DNA of 37,938 bases from Kiritimatiellia bacterium. Lineage in GTDB: Bacteria > Verrucomicrobiota > Kiritimatiellia > RFP12 > UBA1067. The notes below the pieces were generated by a model. That model made no database searches. It saw only the letters and a list, made by a program, of their open reading frames with translations, and was not told the origin of the DNA. This document shows positions 33,716 through 37,938 of this stretch, piece by piece. Position 1 is the stretch's first letter. Each line of letters begins with the position of its first letter. The stretch spans positions 1 to 37,938 of the forward strand of contig DAOTMQ010000002.1 in NCBI GenBank assembly GCA_035450385.1, written 5' to 3'. A program made the position numbers and the translations under genes.

Positions 33716-34479
33716 AAAAACTCCTGAACAGATGGACCGGCCCCGCGCCGGCGGCCTGGCTGTGCTGGGCGCTCGCGCTCGGGGCCGTGGTGCTGGCTTT
33801 CCTCGGTGCGGAGCGTGCCGGTGTCTGGATGGCGCGGCCGATCATGCAGGTCGGTGTTGCGTTTCTGATGCTCGTTTTCTTTTTTGTCGGCGTACGTGCG
33901 GTGTTGCGACGCCGCTTCGACTCGGCGCTGCTGCACATTGGGTGCGCCTGCGTGTTGGCCGGATGGTTGATGGGGCGCTATGCGATCCGAACCTCCACAG
34001 CCGCGCGTCCCTGTACCGGTTCGATGGTGATGGTCGACGGCGACGAGTCGGACCGTCTGTGGGAAGGGCCGATGCTTGATCAGTATGTGGGGCAACTCCC
34101 TTTCTCGGTGCGTCTGGAACGCTTTTTTGTGGAGCGCTACGATCGCAACAGTGACGACCGCAATGCGGGACGCAACGCGCCGGTGCGGGAGTACCGCAGT
34201 CGCGTAACGATCACAGAGCCGGGGCGACCGCCTTATGTGGTCAATATACGCGTCAATGAACCGGCCTTTGTATGCGGTTACCACATCTATCAGATGAGCT
34301 GGGGCAATAGCACGGATCAACTGGGACGGCCGGTCGTCTATACGGTGCTGCAATTCATCCGTGATCCGGGGCTGAAACTGGCGTATGCCGGCTTCATACT
34401 GCTGCTTGCCGGTATCCTGATCTATGCTTGGCGCATCTTCCGCATTCAGGGAACGCAGCCGAGGGAGGTGCCAGCATGA
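33712..34479 (+). CDS. Short ResB/Ccs1-like cytochrome c biogenesis (System II) protein
   Basis: The GTG start overlaps the upstream stop (GTGA, 33712-33715). It has TM segments, and LPFSVRLERFFVERY...YRSRVTI...IRVNEPAFVCGYHIYQMSW is the ResB C-terminal signature. It is only 255 aa. Confidence 0.65.
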   Translation: MKKLLNRWTGPAPAAWLCWALALGAVVLAFLGAERAGVWMARPIMQVGVAFLMLVFFFVGVRAVLRRRFDSALLHIGCACVLAGWLMGRYAIRTSTAARPCTGSMVMVDGDESDRLWEGPMLDQYVGQLPFSVRLERFFVERYDRNSDDRNAGRNAPVREYRSRVTITEPGRPPYVVNIRVNEPAFVCGYHIYQMSWGNSTDQLGRPVVYTVLQFIRDPGLKLAYAGFILLLAGILIYAWRIFRIQGTQPREVPA

Positions 34480-35261
34480 CGGTGAAAATGACCGTACAGG
34501 GCGGATTGATCTACCTGACGCTGGTGTTCTTTGTGGCGACCATCATCGCGCGGCGCGGCGGCTGGCGCACCATCGGCAACGCCTTCTGGGGGACCGGCTT
34601 CGTAGCGGCCGTCGCGTCGGTCATCTGGCGCGGGCTCCACACCGGCCATCCTCCGATGCAGAATCTCTTTGAGTTTTTCCTGTGCATGGCGGCTGCGCTC
34701 TGGCCGCTTTCCGTCTTGAGCCGTCGGCACAACGGACTGGACACGACCGTGCAGGATGCGCTGTTGGGCGTGCTGATCCTCATGCCGGCCGGCTTTGTGT
34801 TCGGTGAGGATGTGCGGCGTCTGCCCCCGGCTCTGCAAAGTTCGCTCTTTATCCCGCACGTCGGTAGCTATGTGGCCGGGTATGTCCTGCTGGCGCGTGC
34901 AGCGCTGATGGCCTTGCCGCTGTTCAAACGGGACATCGCTGGCGACCGATTGCGCCAGACGGAGACGGCCTCACGCCAGACGGCGACGATCGGTTTTGTA
35001 CTGCTGACGCTGGGATTGCTGCTCGGCTCGCTGTGGGGAAAAATCTGCTGGGGACACTACTGGCAGTTCGACCCCAAAGAGATGTGGTCGCTCGCGACAT
35101 GGCTGGTCTATGCCGGCTACTTCCATGAACGCATGGTGCACGGCGTGCGCGCGCCGCGCGTTCTGGCGGCATTGCTCTGGACCGGCCTGCTCTTCATCGT
35201 GCTGACGCTGACCTGGATCAACCTGTCGCGCCTCTTTGTCGGCATGCACAACTATGCGTGA
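34476..35261 (+). CDS. ccsA: Cytochrome c biogenesis protein CcsA (haem exporter/handling, System II)
   Basis: WGHYWQFDPKEMWSLATWLVYAGYFH is the W-rich haem-handling motif. The ATG overlaps the upstream stop (ATGA, 34476-34479) and is preceded by GAGGGAGG. Confidence 0.8.
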   Translation: MTVKMTVQGGLIYLTLVFFVATIIARRGGWRTIGNAFWGTGFVAAVASVIWRGLHTGHPPMQNLFEFFLCMAAALWPLSVLSRRHNGLDTTVQDALLGVLILMPAGFVFGEDVRRLPPALQSSLFIPHVGSYVAGYVLLARAALMALPLFKRDIAGDRLRQTETASRQTATIGFVLLTLGLLLGSLWGKICWGHYWQFDPKEMWSLATWLVYAGYFHERMVHGVRAPRVLAALLWTGLLFIVLTLTWINLSRLFVGMHNYA

Positions 35262-35265
35262 CCGA

Positions 35266-36468
35266 TCAATAGCGACCGAGGTGTTTGTTCATCAAATCCG
35301 CCAACCGCGTTTCCAGCCAGGGCGTCACCTTCCAGAAGTCGCGCAGTTCCAGATACTCGCTCACGGCGGCCTGCTGACCCGGCTTTACGCTAAATTCAGC
35401 CCGCAGCAGGATGTTCCGCGCCGTAGCCTCGGCCGAGACAAACTCCATCACCTGCACACGGAAACCGAGCACGCGCAGGATCTGCGCACGGAAGGTGTCG
35501 GTCAACAGATCAGCCAGTCTCTCACGCAAAATACCGTGGCGTAGCACCGCCCGCATCGGTCCGTCCACTCCAAGCGACTTGTGCAGTTCATGCTGACAGC
35601 AAGGCGCGCGCAACAGATAACGGCACTTCCATTCGATGCCACGCGCCAGCGCTTCATCCGTCGCCGTGTCGCAGGCATGCAGACTCAACACCATATCCGG
35701 AGCAAACGGCACGTCACTGTCCGCAAGTGTGCCCTCAACGAACGTCACATGCTCCGACACGTCCAGCGCGTCGGCCATCGCGCGCGCTGTCGCAATTACA
35801 TTGGCCTGCTTGTCGATTCCGCAAACCCTGACATCGAACCCGCGCATGATCGTCAGATAGAAATAAACCGCCAGCGTGAGATAGGCACGACCGCAACCGC
35901 AATCCACGATGTTTAACGTCTTCTCTGGTTTCGCGGCGATCGTGGCATCGATGATCCGTAAAAACTCATTCACCTGATCATACTTGCCGCGCATTGACGC
36001 GCGGATATTTCCGTCGGCATCCGCAATCCCGAGTGTTTTTAGCAAGGGAGCCGAGTCAAATGCCGTCAGCGGCTGGCGTTTGACCCGGTCATGGCCCTGC
36101 CGCTCATCGACTTTGCGCGTCATCCGGCCGCTCCGCGATATCAGCGCTTTGCCCTTTTTGGTGATGCGCACATGCAGGTCGCCCGAAGCCGTTATCAGGT
36201 GCAGCTCACGCGGACCGGTCTGCCCCAGCATCTCCTCCAGACCGGCGCGTGCGCTGTCCGGATCGAAGTTCTTCACCTGCGTACGTCCGTCTTCCGTCAT
36301 CTCCCCCTGATACTTGTTTTCATCTTTGATGACCACCGGACGCAAGCTGACACGGAATATCCCGCCCCGTCCGCGCACAACCTGCGTCAGTTTCATAAAG
36401 CCACTTTCATTGAAAACCCGGTCGCGGATCTCCTCCGCAATACTTTCCGGCAAATCCGTTCGCGTCAT
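35266..36468 (-). CDS. Class I SAM-dependent methyltransferase with an uncharacterised ~170-aa N-terminal domain
   Basis: Motif I is IVDCGCGRAYLT. The downstream acidic and aromatic motifs fit a Rossmann-fold methyltransferase. The substrate is not inferable. Confidence 0.65.
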   Translation of the reverse strand: MTRTDLPESIAEEIRDRVFNESGFMKLTQVVRGRGGIFRVSLRPVVIKDENKYQGEMTEDGRTQVKNFDPDSARAGLEEMLGQTGPRELHLITASGDLHVRITKKGKALISRSGRMTRKVDERQGHDRVKRQPLTAFDSAPLLKTLGIADADGNIRASMRGKYDQVNEFLRIIDATIAAKPEKTLNIVDCGCGRAYLTLAVYFYLTIMRGFDVRVCGIDKQANVIATARAMADALDVSEHVTFVEGTLADSDVPFAPDMVLSLHACDTATDEALARGIEWKCRYLLRAPCCQHELHKSLGVDGPMRAVLRHGILRERLADLLTDTFRAQILRVLGFRVQVMEFVSAEATARNILLRAEFSVKPGQQAAVSEYLELRDFWKVTPWLETRLADLMNKHLGRY

Positions 36469-36606
36469 GTTTGCCTAACCTTTCAATCGTGTGTGAGTGT
36501 GGGAGTGATTGTACCACGTATGTCCACCAAACGGCCAAGAGAAGTTCGGATTTCGGTTTGAAAGGGCCTAAAAAACGCCTAAAAAATGCGCGGTTTGCGC
36601 TGGACG

Positions 36607-36635
36607 GGACGGAGGGGGTTTGGTACCCTCCGTCC
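36607..36635 (+). promoter_or_regulatory. 10-bp-stem hairpin in the rpmI-rplT leader
   Basis: GGACGGAGGG-N9-CCCTCCGTCC with no T-tract after it. It lies ~100 nt upstream of the rpmI start. Confidence 0.4.
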
Positions 36636-36734
36636 TTCCTCGTCGCAGAGGCGATGGGACTTGCGATCCTGCATGGGCGATCATGGCTGGCTGCCCTGCG
36701 GGTTCAGGCTTCAACCACAGGACTAGGAGCGATT

Positions 36735-36932
36735 ATGCCTACGATGAAGACCAAGAAGTCCGCCCGCGGGCGGATTAAAATGTCGGCCACGGGTAAAGTG
36801 TTGCGCACTCAGGCGGGCAAGTCCCACCTGAACGGCTACAAGCCGCGCAAGCGCAAACGGCATCTCCGTGGAACCACTCTTGCAGATAAAACGTTTGTCA
36901 AGACTGCGGTACGCATGCTGCAGGGCAATTAA
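36735..36932 (+). CDS. rpmI: 50S ribosomal protein L35
   Basis: MPTMKTKKSARGRIKMSATGKVLRTQAGKSHL..., 65 aa. AGGAG lies 5 nt upstream. Confidence 0.9.
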   Translation: MPTMKTKKSARGRIKMSATGKVLRTQAGKSHLNGYKPRKRKRHLRGTTLADKTFVKTAVRMLQGN

Positions 36933-36947
36933 CACGGAGTAAGACCC

Positions 36948-37304
36948 ATGTCACGAGCAACAAATGCACCTGTTTCACGTAAACGCCGTCGTCGGCGTTT
37001 GGAGTTGGCTAAGGGGTTCCGCGGTGCCCGCAGTAAGCAGTTCCGTCTGGCAACCGAGGCGGTTGACCGCGCTCAGCGCCTGGCGACCGTACACCGCAAA
37101 CTGCGCAAGCGCACGTTCCGCCGTTTGTGGATTGCCCGTATCAATGCGGCGGTCCGCAATGAGGGAATGACCTACAGCCGCTTCATGGAAGGATTGACCA
37201 AGGCTGGTATCGAGGTCAACCGCAAGATGCTGTCCGAGATCGCGATTGCCGATGTCGAGGGCTTTAAGGCTCTGGTCGAGAAGGCGCGCGCCGCGCTCGC
37301 TTGA
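36948..37304 (+). CDS. rplT: 50S ribosomal protein L20
   Basis: MSRATNAPVSRKRRRRRLELAKGFRGARSKQFR...RRLWIARINAAVR is the canonical L20 sequence pattern. Confidence 0.9.
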   Translation: MSRATNAPVSRKRRRRRLELAKGFRGARSKQFRLATEAVDRAQRLATVHRKLRKRTFRRLWIARINAAVRNEGMTYSRFMEGLTKAGIEVNRKMLSEIAIADVEGFKALVEKARAALA

Positions 37305-37373
37305 TCTGCCCAAATTCGCGCTTGCCTCGCAGGGCCGGTCTTTGATACGATCTCCGCAATTTTTAGGACTCAT

Positions 37374-37449
37374 GGGGCGGTAGCTCAGTTGGTAGAGCAT
37401 CACGTTCGCAACGTGGGGGTCAGGAGTTCGAATCTCCTTCGCTCCACCA
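37374..37449 (+). tRNA. tRNA-Ala (anticodon CGC), CCA encoded
   Basis: Acceptor stem GGGGCGG/TCGCTCC with the G3:U70 alanine identity pair. Anticodon loop TTCGCAA. T loop TTCGAAT. Confidence 0.9.
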
Positions 37450-37463
37450 TGATTGAAAAGAGA

Positions 37464-37488
37464 GGCCGCCGCTCGGCGGTCTTTTTTT
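37464..37488 (+). terminator. Intrinsic terminator after tRNA-Ala
   Basis: GGCCGCC-GCTC-GGCGGTC hairpin followed by TTTTTTT. Confidence 0.65.
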
Positions 37489-37510
37489 GTGTGGTGGGTT
37501 CTTGCTCCCC

Positions 37511-37559
37511 GTGGCATGGGCGTCCCGCCCATGAAACACGGGCAAGATGCCCGTGCCAC
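37511..37559 (-). repeat. REP-like double-hairpin element, copy 4 (inverted orientation)
   Basis: Identical to the copy at 17438-17486. A CAAGAGTCTCGT flank recurs at 37579-37590. Confidence 0.8.
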
Positions 37560-37658
37560 ACCTGCAAGCAGGGGAGTGCAAGAGTCTCGTGTGGTTAAGC
37601 GGGTTGTGGTAAAAGCCGTAGCCGGCCGCTGTTGCGGTCGCGTACGAAAGGAGCGCTG

Positions 37659-37938
37659 GTGTTTCTCATCCTCATTTTGCTGGCTGTTGCCGTCGCTGCC
37701 TTGAGCGGCCTGCCCGGTATTCTTTTGCGGCGGTCTGACGACGGCGGTGAACGGATATCCGCCATCTCTATGGTGTGTGCCGCGTGCGTGGGTCTGATCG
37801 GCGCTTTGGGCGGTCTGTTGGGGTACGGCGGCAAGCCGCTTGCGCTGACGTGGCCGGCGGTCGGCGGCGGAAGCGTGGGACTCGACGCGCTGAGCGCGTT
37901 CTTTCTGGTTCCGGTTTTTTTGATCGGGGGCTTGGGTG
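37659..37938 (+). CDS. 5-prime part of a proton-conducting membrane subunit (hydrogenase-4 component B / NuoL / MrpD-like), running off the right edge
   Basis: AAAGGAG lies 5 nt before the GTG at 37659. The frame is open to the window end. The sequence is hydrophobic, VFLILILLAVAVAALSGL...GLDALSAFFLVPVFLIGGLG, and the LDxLSAFF motif is typical of the family N-terminus. It is absent from the ORF track because no stop lies within the window. Confidence 0.5.
   Translation, partial: MFLILILLAVAVAALSGLPGILLRRSDDGGERISAISMVCAACVGLIGALGGLLGYGGKPLALTWPAVGGGSVGLDALSAFFLVPVFLIGGLG

Overview
This is a GC-rich (by eye) bacterial chromosomal segment. The gene content suggests a PVC-group organism (Verrucomicrobiota, Kiritimatiellota or Lentisphaerota-like). 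That is an inference from a giant PATR+LamG protein, DUF4838 paralogues and the DapL lysine route. I can support about 28 protein genes, two tRNAs (Leu-GAG, Ala-CGC), several intrinsic terminators and several families of short intergenic repeats. I found no rRNA, CRISPR array, transposase or integrase.

Gene order, left to right:
- a PIN/Phd toxin-antitoxin pair
- a tight pycB/oadA-like, LpxL-like acyltransferase and dapL operon
- a repeat-saturated island (5368-8281) holding an ORF6N/KilA-N-like gene and a 5-prime-truncated DUF4838 paralogue
- a FAD-oxidoreductase-like lipoprotein
- a full-length DUF4838 gene
- tRNA-Leu
- a KduD-like SDR
- an M16 peptidase
- tsaB
- an orphan family-5 solute-binding protein followed by a 1404-aa GH13-containing protein
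- an RRM/RGG RNA-binding protein
- a roughly 1625-aa secreted protein with four PATR+LamG super-repeats
- DAHP synthase
- an operon of beta-propeller/di-haem peroxidase, chorismatase-fold protein, miniature ResB and CcsA
- a methyltransferase
- rpmI-rplT
- tRNA-Ala
- the start of a HyfB/NuoL-like membrane subunit

The best candidates for something undescribed are the translationally coupled peroxidase/chorismatase-fold/Ccs operon and the repeat island with its duplicated promoter-like module. All functional calls rest on motif recognition by eye. No database search was run.
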